Source: an uncultured Porphyromonadaceae bacterium (GTDB taxonomy: Bacteria > Bacteroidota > Bacteroidia > Bacteroidales > Muribaculaceae). Taken from it: a stretch of DNA of 64,000 nucleotides. The notes beneath the pieces were generated by a model. It made no database searches. It was given only the letters and a program-made list of their open reading frames with translations, and had not been told where the DNA came from. Shown here one piece after another: positions 1-9,560 of this stretch (positions within the stretch are counted from its first letter, which is position 1; each line of letters opens with the position of its first letter). Location: positions 5,608 to 69,607 of the forward strand of contig CABUBG010000001.1 in assembly GCA_902489785.1 (NCBI GenBank). Reading direction: 5' to 3'. Both the position numbers and the translations under genes were made by a program.

Positions 1-96
1 TTTCGCCGTCTGTGCCGCAACTATGAACGCTACCTGTTTACAGCAAGAGCAATGACATATCTCGCCTGCATTCTGTTCATGCTCAGGTATATCTGA
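1..96 (+). mobile_element. 3' end of an IS5-family (DDE-type) transposase gene, truncated by the window edge
   Basis: Frame +1 from base 1 reads FRRLCRNYERYLFTARAMTYLACILFMLRYI*. This resembles the conserved C-terminal tail (F-R-R-L...Y-E-R...F..LA.I...L) of IS5/IS4-group transposases. The IS terminal repeat must lie somewhere in ~97-200 but cannot be placed without the other end. Confidence 0.6.
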
Positions 97-274
97 TTCT
101 GATTTCTTCAATTAATCCTTCGCACGTCGAAAATTACCCTCGCCTCGGTCAATCGCCGTGCATCTTTGTCCGCTTGTATCGGTCACAATGGAGCCCCATT
201 GCTCCCTCACTGCGCGAACAAATCTGCACGACGATTGACCGCCTGGCCGTTAACATATATTGTCGAACCGGCTC

Positions 275-1465
275 TTAGCGCCACACCGACAGACGTGCCA
301 TGCTCTGCGCTCTTTTGCGCTGAGCCTCGAGATATGCGGCCTGCGCATTGAGGAAATATTCGGCACGGCTGAAATAGTCGAGTATGGAGATCTGCCCGGC
401 ATTCAGAGCCTTCGACAGCAGACGCATATTGTCCTTGTCGCTGAGCACGGTGCTGTACTCGCGCAATTCGTTGTCGAGCTGAAGAATGATTTTATAGTCC
501 CGGGTGATCTGCGACTCGGCAGCGAGGCGCGATGCCTCGCTTTCGGCCTGCAGGGCGAGCTGCTGTGCTTCGGCTGCCGGTATTTTCTTGCGGTTGGAGA
601 ACACGGGCAGCGTCAGGCCTACGCTGAGGCCGTTGAAATGGTCGCCGATCTCATATTCATGGTTGTAGCCGATGCTGAAGCCCGGCAGATAGCTGCGGCG
701 GAGTGTGCTGATGCGCAGCTGTTCGGCCCGGCTCAAGGCATCGTTGTAGCGGATGACCGGATTGTTTTCGGCTGCCGATTCGATGTATGAATCGAGCGGG
801 AGGAGGGGAGTGTCGGGGAAGTCGGTGAGAGCGGCTGTCAGATTCTTGCAGTCGGCGCCGCCGTTAAGCGCTTTCAGCGTGGCTGTAGCCTCCGTCAAAC
901 CGCTGACGGCTTCGTTGAGCGAGCGTGAGGCCTCGATGCGCTGAAGCTTGATGATGTTAAGGTCGAGGATCGACACCTCGCCACGGTCGAGGCCACGGTT
1001 TGACACTGCGATCATCGAATCAATGCGGTCGAGCATGTCTTGGTGAAGGTCAACGAGCTTTTTCTGATAGACGAGGTCGACCAGCGCCTCGGCGATTTGC
1101 AGACGCATTTCGGATGCCTGCACGTCGGACTGAAGTCTTAGCGCCTCGGCTTCGGCGTTCATTCTGCGGGCACGCACAGAGTAGACGCCCGGCCATTCGA
1201 AACTCTGAGTGACGCCGATGCTCCATTTGTTCCCGATTCCTTCCTGATCCCATTGGTGAGTGAAATCGAGCTCAGGGTCGGCAAGATTGTTGTCGGAGGC
1301 AATCGCCTTTATTTCGCCCTCGGTTTTCAGACGTCCGGCATGGAGGTCGGGATTGTTGGCGGCAATGCTGTCGACAATCGTGTTGAAATCGACTGACTGA
1401 GCAGATAAACAATTACTGCCAAGGAGGATAATAGCGAAAAGAGGAATAATGGATTTAATCTTCAT
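275..1465 (-). CDS. TolC/CzcC-family outer-membrane efflux protein
   Basis: 396 aa. Signal peptide MKIKSIIPLFAIILLGSNCLSAQ and two-repeat coiled OEP-like composition. ATGA 4-nt overlap with the upstream RND pump gene. Confidence 0.85.
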   Translation of the reverse strand: MKIKSIIPLFAIILLGSNCLSAQSVDFNTIVDSIAANNPDLHAGRLKTEGEIKAIASDNNLADPELDFTHQWDQEGIGNKWSIGVTQSFEWPGVYSVRARRMNAEAEALRLQSDVQASEMRLQIAEALVDLVYQKKLVDLHQDMLDRIDSMIAVSNRGLDRGEVSILDLNIIKLQRIEASRSLNEAVSGLTEATATLKALNGGADCKNLTAALTDFPDTPLLPLDSYIESAAENNPVIRYNDALSRAEQLRISTLRRSYLPGFSIGYNHEYEIGDHFNGLSVGLTLPVFSNRKKIPAAEAQQLALQAESEASRLAAESQITRDYKIILQLDNELREYSTVLSDKDNMRLLSKALNAGQISILDYFSRAEYFLNAQAAYLEAQRKRAQSMARLSVWR

Positions 1466-4400
1466 TTCTTTTTTCGGTTGCGTGATGAAATATAAGCGTA
1501 GAGGATAGGTACGATATAGAGGTTAAGTAATGTAGAAGAGAACAGACCGCCGAGGATTACCACCGCCATCGGCGATTGTATTTCATTGCCGGGCTGGCCG
1601 CCGCGCAAGGCAAGCGGGATGAGAGCGAGCGCCGAAGTCAGAGCCGTCATAACGATGGGGTTAAGACGGTCGGACGAGCCCTTGACGATGCGGTCGTAGA
1701 GCGGGACACCGTTCTTTTCAAGCGCATTGTAGTGCGACATCAGCAGCATGCCGCCGCGCGTGGCGATGCCCATCAGCGATATGAAACCGATGGTGGCCGG
1801 AATGTTGATTTCCGATCCGGTGAGTTCGAGGGCAAAGATGCCGCCTATCAATGCGAGAGGCATATTGACAAGGATGACAGCCGACTGAGCAATGTTGTGG
1901 TATTCCTGCAGGAGGAGAATGAAAATGACGATGAGCGCAGCCAGTGAAGCAATGGCAAGAGTGCGCGATGCGGCCTCTTCGCTTTCAAACTGTCCGCCGT
2001 ATTTGATGAAATATCCTTCCGGCAGTTTCACGGATGATCCGATGGATTTCTGAATATCGCTGACGGCTCCTTTCAGATCACGTCCGTCGACGTTGGCCGA
2101 AACAATGATACGGCGGTTGGCATTCTCGCGGTTGATGGTGTTCGGCCCGGAGGTCGAAACGACATCAGCCACATAGCTCAGCGGGATCTTGCCTTCACGG
2201 GAATCAATCATGATCTGTGAGATGTCGTCAAGACGGCCGGTCACGCCGTGGTCGGCCTTCAGAGTGATGTTGTAGGGGATGCCGTCGGTGTAGACCTGCG
2301 CCACCTGTTCGCCGCCGAGCAGCGTGGCCACAGCGGAGGCAAACTGCCCGTTGGTGATGCCATAGCGGGCGAGCATGTCGCGTCGCGGACGTATGTCGAT
2401 CTGCGGTCGCGCCGTCTGCTGTTCTACGGCCACATCCACAATACCGTCGATCTCCGATATGGAATGCCGGATTCCTGTGGCGAGATTGTGAAGCGTCTCA
2501 AGATCACTGCCGAAAATCTTAATGGCTATCTGGGCTTCCGTGCCTGAGAGCATCGCGTCGATGCGGTGGGATATGGGCTGACCGATTTCGATGTTGGTGC
2601 CGGGGAGATGCGACAGCTTATGCCGCAGATCGCGAACCATCTCTTCGCGCGAACGGCCGGAGAGAGTGTAGGGGGCCTCGATTTCCGACACATTGATGCC
2701 GAGCGAGTGCTCGTCAAGTTCGGCGCGGCCGGTCTTTCGCGCTGTGGTCTTGATCTCCGGCATGGAAAGGATGATACGTTCGGCTTCGCGGCCGATACGG
2801 TCGCTCTCTTCGAGCGATATGCCCGGCAGCGTGCTCACGTTGATGGTGAGAGATCCTTCGTTGAACGACGGGAGGAAGCTACGGCCCGCCATGAAGAAAC
2901 ATACCAAAGCACCTGCCAGAAGCACCCCGGTGACGGCAAGCGCCATGATGCGGTGGCGCATCACGGCGCTCAGCGACCTGCGGTAGGCCTTGACGAGGAC
3001 GCGGGTTATGCCCGGATCGCGCTGCAATTTACGGTTATAGCCTTTATTTCCCAAAAGGAAGCTGCACAGCGCCGGAGTGACGGTCAGAGCTACGACTGTC
3101 GAAGCGGCAAGTGCCGTTATGAACGATATGCCGAGCGGGATTAGCATGCGTCCGCCGATGCCGTCGAGGAAGAAAAGCGGCATGAAGCTGGCAGCAATAA
3201 TGAGCGTGGAATTAATGATGGGCAAACGCACTTCACGCGATGCCTCAAAGACTACTTCACGTGTGGTCAGCCGGTCATCCTCAGGCAGTTGGGCGTTAAT
3301 ACGCAAACGGCGGTAGACATTCTCCACATCCACGATGGCATCGTCGACAAGCGAACCGATGGCTATGGCTATGCCGCCGAGGCTCATGGTGTTGATAGTC
3401 AACCCGAAGGCGTTTAGAAGCAGTATGGTGACAATGATGGATATCGGGAGTGCGACCACGGAGATGAGCGTAGTGCGGAAATTCATCAGGAAAACGAACA
3501 GCACTATGATGACGAACAGCGCGCCCTCCAGCAGCGACGTCTGGAGATTGGAAATTGAATTGTCGATGAAATCGCTCTGCCGGAATATGTCGGTGGATAT
3601 ATTTATTCCGGCGGGGAGCGACTGCTTCAGTTCATTTAGCGTAGTCTCGATGCCGTCCGTGAGATCGATGGTGCTTGTCGACGGCTGCTTTGCCACCGTC
3701 AGAAGCACTGCCGGTTTTGTGCGCTCGGATGCAGTGCCGAGCTTCGGCGATTCGGTGCCCATGGTGACGTCGGCAACATCGGCAATCGTTACGACGCCCC
3801 GCTCGTCGGAGCGGATAACGCTTTTGGCCAGTTGCTCAGTGGCGGCGGTGTGCATATCCACCGTTATGAGATATTCGTTGCCATAGTCGTAGAGCACACC
3901 GCCGGAGCGGTTGCTGTTGATGCCTTCAACCGCCTGGCGCACTTCGTCGAGCGATACACCGAGATGCTTCATGCGGTCCTGCGACAGCCGGATCTGGTAT
4001 TCGGCCACATCACCGCCGATCACTGACACCTGCGCCACGCCGCCGAGGGCAAGCAGGCGCGGAGTTATGATACGGTCGGCCACAGAGCGTAGCTGCGTCA
4101 TCGAAACACTGTCGGATGTCGAGGTGAGACCGATGATCATTATCTCTCCGAGAATCGACGACTGCGGTCCGAGAATGGGAGTGCCGGTTCCCGGCGGCAG
4201 CTGACCCTCGACGGATGCCAGCTTTTCTGAAACGATCTGGCGCGCTACATAGGGGTCGGCGTCCCAGTTGAATTCGACCCACACGATGGAGAAGCCGGTA
4301 GCGGATGACGACCGTACCCGTCTGACGTCTGTGGCCCCGTTAAGGGCTGTTTCGATTGGATAGGTCACCATCTTTTCGACCTCTTCCGGTGTCATGCCGG

Positions 4401-4560
4401 GAGCTTCGGTCATGACGGCGACAGTGGGTGCGTTCAGATCGGGGAAGATATCGATGTCGGAGCGCATCATCGTGATGCAACCCCAGAGCATCAGGATGCC
4501 GGTTATGACCAGCACCACGACCCGGTTTTGCAGCGAGAATCTTATGATTTTGTTAAGCAT
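1462..4560 (-). CDS. CusA/CzcA-family heavy-metal efflux RND transporter
   Basis: 1032 aa with RND topology (N-terminal TM, two large periplasmic loops, 12 TM pattern). TM4 motif GSLVDDAIVDVENV is typical of HME-RND pumps. Flanked by adaptor and OMF genes. Confidence 0.9.
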   Translation of the reverse strand: MLNKIIRFSLQNRVVVLVITGILMLWGCITMMRSDIDIFPDLNAPTVAVMTEAPGMTPEEVEKMVTYPIETALNGATDVRRVRSSSATGFSIVWVEFNWDADPYVARQIVSEKLASVEGQLPPGTGTPILGPQSSILGEIMIIGLTSTSDSVSMTQLRSVADRIITPRLLALGGVAQVSVIGGDVAEYQIRLSQDRMKHLGVSLDEVRQAVEGINSNRSGGVLYDYGNEYLITVDMHTAATEQLAKSVIRSDERGVVTIADVADVTMGTESPKLGTASERTKPAVLLTVAKQPSTSTIDLTDGIETTLNELKQSLPAGINISTDIFRQSDFIDNSISNLQTSLLEGALFVIIVLFVFLMNFRTTLISVVALPISIIVTILLLNAFGLTINTMSLGGIAIAIGSLVDDAIVDVENVYRRLRINAQLPEDDRLTTREVVFEASREVRLPIINSTLIIAASFMPLFFLDGIGGRMLIPLGISFITALAASTVVALTVTPALCSFLLGNKGYNRKLQRDPGITRVLVKAYRRSLSAVMRHRIMALAVTGVLLAGALVCFFMAGRSFLPSFNEGSLTINVSTLPGISLEESDRIGREAERIILSMPEIKTTARKTGRAELDEHSLGINVSEIEAPYTLSGRSREEMVRDLRHKLSHLPGTNIEIGQPISHRIDAMLSGTEAQIAIKIFGSDLETLHNLATGIRHSISEIDGIVDVAVEQQTARPQIDIRPRRDMLARYGITNGQFASAVATLLGGEQVAQVYTDGIPYNITLKADHGVTGRLDDISQIMIDSREGKIPLSYVADVVSTSGPNTINRENANRRIIVSANVDGRDLKGAVSDIQKSIGSSVKLPEGYFIKYGGQFESEEAASRTLAIASLAALIVIFILLLQEYHNIAQSAVILVNMPLALIGGIFALELTGSEINIPATIGFISLMGIATRGGMLLMSHYNALEKNGVPLYDRIVKGSSDRLNPIVMTALTSALALIPLALRGGQPGNEIQSPMAVVILGGLFSSTLLNLYIVPILYAYISSRNRKKK

Positions 4561-4568
4561 GGCCGTGA

Positions 4569-5693
4569 TCAGTGATTGTGTGAATGACCTTCAGGGATGG
4601 CATTGGCCGTTTCGGCCAGCCGAACCATTGTTGCTCCCTTTGTGACTACAATATCACCGTCAGCGAGTCCGCTTGTGACCTGCGTCAGGGTGCCGTTGCT
4701 CTCTCCTTTTTCTATCCGGCGTTTCTCATAGGAGTGATCGCCCGATTTGACATACACGAAATAGTTGCCAATCTGCTCGACGATAGCCTCGTCGGGGACG
4801 GCAATGGTCTTCTTCTCAGAAGATAATAACAGGCAGACATCCGCGAAATCACCGGCGGCCATCCTTCCGTCGCTTACAAATGAGAAATACACCGGGATGT
4901 ATCCGGCCTCAGCGGCAATCGCGTCCGCGGCATTGGCTGCGGCCTTTTTGCCGCCGAGAGAGTCGAGGCTGATCCAGCGGTCGGAATAAGATGGGCGGAT
5001 GTTGGCGTTTTCGATGTCGGCGATGCGGCTGCGGTATTTTTCGGGCAGATCCACACGCAGCAAAAGGGTGGAGCTGCGGCTGATTGTAGCGATCGGGGTG
5101 CCTGCTTCGACATAGTCTCCGGTTTTGACCGCAAGCGATGTGATGATGCCGCTGATCGGGGAAACGGCCAAGTTTGACGATGCCGCAGGGGAGTAAGAAG
5201 CTAAGGCTGACTGATAAGCTGCCACGGCAGCATCATATTCTCGGCGGGTTACGATCTTCTCGTCGAGCAATGGCTTCAGTCTGTCCACCTCACTTTTGGC
5301 CGCATTGACAGCTGCTCGCGCCGCGGCGTTGGGGTTGCCGCCCGAAACGGATTCGGGCGACAGTGTGGCGATACGGGTGCCCCGGCTCACCTCTGAGCCG
5401 ACATTTATATTACCGGCAATTCTGATGATGCCGGGACCGGGGGCCACTACGGTGGCCTCACCGGCCGACGAATTCATGATGCGTCCCGAAACCTTGATCA
5501 CATCATTGAAATCCTGCTGGCCGACTGTCTCTGTCATCAGGCCGAATTTTTGAGCATCGTCGGGTTCGATGACAATTTCACCTTCATGTTTTGCCGACCC
5601 GTTTTTGGATTCTTGGTTATGACTGTCAGAGCACGAAAAGATTATTGTCGCTGCAAGCAACATTGTTCCGACATGATATATTATTGGATACAT
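4569..5693 (-). CDS. Efflux RND periplasmic adaptor (CzcB/CusB-like membrane fusion protein)
   Basis: 374 aa. Lipoprotein-like N-terminus (…ATIIFSC), HlyD/barrel-sandwich-like sequence, His-rich C-terminal tail PEGHSHNH. Lies 8 nt upstream of the RND gene. Confidence 0.85.
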   Translation of the reverse strand: MYPIIYHVGTMLLAATIIFSCSDSHNQESKNGSAKHEGEIVIEPDDAQKFGLMTETVGQQDFNDVIKVSGRIMNSSAGEATVVAPGPGIIRIAGNINVGSEVSRGTRIATLSPESVSGGNPNAAARAAVNAAKSEVDRLKPLLDEKIVTRREYDAAVAAYQSALASYSPAASSNLAVSPISGIITSLAVKTGDYVEAGTPIATISRSSTLLLRVDLPEKYRSRIADIENANIRPSYSDRWISLDSLGGKKAAANAADAIAAEAGYIPVYFSFVSDGRMAAGDFADVCLLLSSEKKTIAVPDEAIVEQIGNYFVYVKSGDHSYEKRRIEKGESNGTLTQVTSGLADGDIVVTKGATMVRLAETANAIPEGHSHNH

Positions 5694-5765
5694 TTTTTCT
5701 TGACAATTTAGGGGATTATTATTACAACCAAACTAAAGGCGGATTTTATCGACTGCCGCGCTATT

Positions 5766-6221
5766 TCAGAATGGCGAACCCCTGTTGTCAATTGTAGGAA
5801 AAATGATTTTACGCGGCAACGCTACGCCGCTGCCATTCGCCTGCGCTACGCATCCGATTGCCGAAGAATGGCGGTCATTGGCCAAAATATCAGCGCAGAA
5901 TGAATGATGGAGATGCTGAATGAATGTTGAAATTAATTGCGTTGCGGCCGAGACTTTAGCACAGACAGAACCTGATATATGCAATCCGCAGTCGTCATTG
6001 CAGGAATGGCTGTGATTATCGCGTTGGGAGCTATGGTGCCGATGAGCGGAATGGCAGCCCTCGATGCTTCTCCATCCCGATAAATCTATATCGTTTACCG
6101 ACAGCGCAATGCACGCATCACCGTTGCAGTCATGATGATGAAATTGCAGAACCCCGGCCACGCACATAACGGTTATGAGCGCGCAGCCAATCCAACGGAA
6201 TATGAGGCGGGTGCGAATCAT
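5766..6221 (-). CDS. His/Cys-rich membrane-anchored hypothetical protein at the head of the metal-efflux operon
   Basis: 151 aa. N-terminal hydrophobic helix (WIGCALITVMCVAGVL) followed by FHHHDCNGDAC, CHSAHRHHSSQRDNHSHSCNDDC and HLHHSFC. Same strand as the adaptor gene and 72 nt upstream of it. TAacTTTG box at 6228-6235. Confidence 0.5.
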   Translation of the reverse strand: MIRTRLIFRWIGCALITVMCVAGVLQFHHHDCNGDACIALSVNDIDLSGWRSIEGCHSAHRHHSSQRDNHSHSCNDDCGLHISGSVCAKVSAATQLISTFIQHLHHSFCADILANDRHSSAIGCVAQANGSGVALPRKIIFPTIDNRGSPF

Positions 6222-6279
6222 TTCACTGCAAAGTTACACAAATTTTGCTGCAACACGAATGCGATTTTGGCTCGGAGGC

Positions 6280-8040
6280 CTATTTTTGGTTTTTTGAGGA
6301 CTGCGGACCGAAAAGCAGATCGCGGTCTATAGCAATGGCTTCAGCGGCTTTGTCTGGGGGAATGAATAGCCAGTTAAGCTCGACTGTCGGCTGCAAAAGC
6401 CCTTGGTGCTCAATGGTTTTCATGAGATAAAAGCGGAGATCCTTGTCGGTGGAAGAGACGACGCGCGCTTTTAAGTCAGCAGGCGATATACCGGCGCCGA
6501 GAGTGAGATGATCACCACCGCCGCCGGCACGGTAAGAGTTGACGGCTACGGTGTAGGTGGAGTCGGGATTGAACGGTTTGCCTGACGATAACGATATAAT
6601 ATTGATTTTCCCGCCTTTAGGCTTGGTGATGTCGACGGTGTAAATGATACCGCTGGCCGAATCGAAATTGTAGGAGGGATTTTTCAGACGGTTTTCATTC
6701 GGCGTCGGGCGGTCAGAGGCAAACCGTATAAGATGCGGATTGGTATCGCTGATGCAGTCGGTCCAGAGAGAATAAGAAAACTCGAGGTAGTCCTTAATCT
6801 CCCGGCCTGTCATGCGGAGCGTGCACAGGAAGTTTTCGTATTTATAAAGCGTGAACATATCGGCCACACGCATCTCTCCGGCCGCTATCACACCGTCGTT
6901 GGTTAGCGGTGCCGCCATTGAAATGTCGGCGCCGGAGATGTCGAGCTGCAGGTTGTGCAGAAGTGTCATGAAAGCCGATGGACCGAAAAAGGCATCGCGG
7001 GTGGTGATCGAGTCCGTGATGTCGGCAATCTTCCGGCTCACGAATCGGGTCACATCTTTCTGACGGGCGGCAAAATGATCCATAAATGCTTGCGACGGTT
7101 CAATGTCGGTAATGTCATCAATGCGCCCGCTGACTCGGAATTGTCCGGGCGCGGTCTCCGTTATATTGAGCACGCCAACGTTCATCGCGTTATTGGCCGG
7201 ATTGAGCACGCTGACTTTATGACCGGCGGGGTTGACGACGGTGTCGCAAAACAACTGATGGTCGTGACCCATCAGCACGGCGTCAAAGCCTTCGGTTTCG
7301 CGTGCCACCACAAGCGATTCATTCTCGCGATAGCCGGAGGTGGATTTCGATGCATCGTGCCCGGAATGAAACAGACCGATGATGATGTCGGGATTCTCAG
7401 CTTCACGGACTATTTTCACCCATTTGCGGGCGGTTTCCTGCATTGGCAGAAATTCCAGGCCGCTCCATAGGTTTTCGGGCAGCCAAGCCGGAATGGCAGG
7501 AGTTAACAACCCTATCACTGCAATCTTCATCCCGCCACGGTTTATGACGGTGTATGGAGTGAAATAGGGCAGCCCGGTCTTCTTGTCAATGACATTTGCT
7601 CCGAGGATAGGGGTCGACGTCTGCCGTTTCCATTTATCATACACGGCATGACCGGTTTCAATGTCGTGATTGCCTACGGTGGCGGCATCGTAACGCATGA
7701 AATCATATATGGCTGAAGCGATATTGACCGCGGCGGTGTCGATGTAATTATAGTAATAGGCCGTCGGCTGTCCTTGCAGTATGTCACCGTTGTCGAGCAA
7801 GAGCAGATTTTCGGCGCCGAGAGAATCACGCAGCGATTCAACATAAGAGGCTACACGCGCCATGCTTCCTTTGGCAGGCTGCAGCCGTATGAAATCATAC
7901 GGGAAGAAATTGCCGTGGACATCGGTTGTGTAGACAACCGTGAGATGCCGCAGCGAATCGCGGTCAGTCGGTTTGTGTGCCGAAAGCGTGCATAGTGAAG
8001 TCATGAGCAAGAATAGTGAAAGCAATCGTTTTGCTGTCAT
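6280..8040 (-). CDS. Periplasmic bifunctional metallophosphatase/5'-nucleotidase (UshA-like)
   Basis: Motifs TTDVHGN, NGDILQG, GNHDIETG and GHDH, plus a C-terminal 5'-nucleotidase-type domain. I place the start at MTAKRLLSLFLLMTSLCTLSA (signal peptide) rather than the longer ORF-track start at 8085. Confidence 0.85.
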   Translation of the reverse strand: MTAKRLLSLFLLMTSLCTLSAHKPTDRDSLRHLTVVYTTDVHGNFFPYDFIRLQPAKGSMARVASYVESLRDSLGAENLLLLDNGDILQGQPTAYYYNYIDTAAVNIASAIYDFMRYDAATVGNHDIETGHAVYDKWKRQTSTPILGANVIDKKTGLPYFTPYTVINRGGMKIAVIGLLTPAIPAWLPENLWSGLEFLPMQETARKWVKIVREAENPDIIIGLFHSGHDASKSTSGYRENESLVVARETEGFDAVLMGHDHQLFCDTVVNPAGHKVSVLNPANNAMNVGVLNITETAPGQFRVSGRIDDITDIEPSQAFMDHFAARQKDVTRFVSRKIADITDSITTRDAFFGPSAFMTLLHNLQLDISGADISMAAPLTNDGVIAAGEMRVADMFTLYKYENFLCTLRMTGREIKDYLEFSYSLWTDCISDTNPHLIRFASDRPTPNENRLKNPSYNFDSASGIIYTVDITKPKGGKINIISLSSGKPFNPDSTYTVAVNSYRAGGGGDHLTLGAGISPADLKARVVSSTDKDLRFYLMKTIEHQGLLQPTVELNWLFIPPDKAAEAIAIDRDLLFGPQSSKNQK

Positions 8041-8063
8041 AATCGCAGGTGGTTTCAACATCA

Positions 8064-8831
8064 TCAGTGGCCGGTGAAGATACATTGGATTTTGCCGATT
8101 TTCAACTGACCTTCGAGTTTCAGCGGTATCTTATCCCTGTCGGTCGAAAGCCATGCCTTGATGGGATCGGAAGTGTTCTTTTCGGCGCCGGATGTAAAAG
8201 TGAATGTAACTTTATAGGTGCTTTGCTTTTTGCCGTTGATCTTGATGGTTTCGAGACCGTTGTAGGTGATGCGCAATGTCTCTTTCCGCTTGCCGGAGAA
8301 TATGCTGACAGTAGTCACTTTCCCGGGCTTCATGTTGCTGAGGTCAAGATCGCGAAGATAGTAAAACGATGAAAGAAGATCGACGGCATCACCTTCCGTT
8401 TTGAGCGAGTGTTCCGACTTCGAGACCGTCTTGTCTTTCTTGCCTCGCCGCAGATTAGTGCACCGGGCTGAAGTGACGCGGCCGCTGATGGAGAATCTTA
8501 CAATATCAGAAGCGTATCGACCGCCCTCATGGGCTATGCGGTTGTATAATGTCGGCAGGTGGGTGGTAGCGGAGAACGTAGAGATCAGAGTGTCGCGGAC
8601 CGAGAAAAAATGATCGGCCCAAGGCTCAGTGCGGGCGCACATTATCGCCTGGTACTGTCCATGACCATGATCATAGAGCTTGAAACTGGCACGGCCGGCC
8701 TGTTTGTTCACCAGTCCCCAACGATAAATCACCTTATAATTAAGGGTTTCGAGCGGAGTGGCGGCAAGAAGAGGGATGCTGCAAAACAGCGTGAGAAAGA
8801 GTAGGGCGGAGAGAAGAGTCTTTCTGATCAT
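8064..8831 (-). CDS. DUF3108-like secreted protein
   Basis: 255 aa. Signal peptide, then LNYKVIYRWGLVNKQAGRASFKL, which is typical of DUF3108. ATGA overlap with the tdk stop. Confidence 0.65.
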   Translation of the reverse strand: MIRKTLLSALLFLTLFCSIPLLAATPLETLNYKVIYRWGLVNKQAGRASFKLYDHGHGQYQAIMCARTEPWADHFFSVRDTLISTFSATTHLPTLYNRIAHEGGRYASDIVRFSISGRVTSARCTNLRRGKKDKTVSKSEHSLKTEGDAVDLLSSFYYLRDLDLSNMKPGKVTTVSIFSGKRKETLRITYNGLETIKINGKKQSTYKVTFTFTSGAEKNTSDPIKAWLSTDRDKIPLKLEGQLKIGKIQCIFTGH

Positions 8832-9469
8832 TTTCGAATGTTTAGTTCAAGGAAAGGCAGGGCGTCGCGTGTTGACTGCTCGATGCGTTTGTTGCGCCAG
8901 CATTTACGGCACACTGCGATGTAGCGATCGTCGCCGCCGATCTCCACCTGGGCGCCTTCTTCAACGAAATCGCCTTTGGTGTCGATGCGGGCATTAATGA
9001 TTGTCTTCCGGCCGCAGTTGCATGTCGATTTAATCTCATCGATAGTGTCGGCGATCTCAAAAAGACGGCGGGAGCCTTCGAAGAGATGACTCTGGAAATC
9101 GGTGCGGAGGCCGTAGCACACGACATTGCAGCCGAAATCGTCGACAATACGCGCAAGCTGATCGACCTGTTCGGCCGTCAGGAACTGAGCTTCATCAACG
9201 AGAATCCAGTCAATGATCACCATGTTTTCTTCGAAAAGTTCCTGTGCCAGCTCATAGATGTTTGTGTCGTGATAGATCCAGCGGCATTCACGTTCAATGC
9301 CTATCCGCGACCGTATGACATTCTTGCCATCGCGGTTGTCTATGATGGGTTTGAGGCACACATAACGCATTCCGCGCTCTTCGAAGTTGTAGGCCTGAGT
9401 GAGCAGGAGCGCTGTTTTCGCCGAGCCCATAGTGCCATAACGGAAATATAGTTTTCCCTTTCGGTTCAT
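8828..9469 (-). CDS. tdk: Thymidine kinase
   Basis: 213 aa. P-loop GTMGSAKT, VDEAQF, and C-terminal zinc ribbon CNCG…CRKC. Confidence 0.9.
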   Translation of the reverse strand: MNRKGKLYFRYGTMGSAKTALLLTQAYNFEERGMRYVCLKPIIDNRDGKNVIRSRIGIERECRWIYHDTNIYELAQELFEENMVIIDWILVDEAQFLTAEQVDQLARIVDDFGCNVVCYGLRTDFQSHLFEGSRRLFEIADTIDEIKSTCNCGRKTIINARIDTKGDFVEEGAQVEIGGDDRYIAVCRKCWRNKRIEQSTRDALPFLELNIRK

Positions 9470-9498
9470 TTTGTTTCTGGGTGATGGTTTGACTTATA

Positions 9499-9506
9499 CA
9501 AAGATA
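9499..9506 (-). promoter_or_regulatory. Bacteroidetes -7 promoter box TAtcTTTG upstream of tdk
   Basis: Reverse complement of caaagata. Lies 30-37 nt upstream of the tdk ATG. Confidence 0.45.
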
Positions 9507-9560
9507 GGAAAAAACGTTGAGATAATCGCATTATGCCGCATGCAATTTATAAAAATTATG

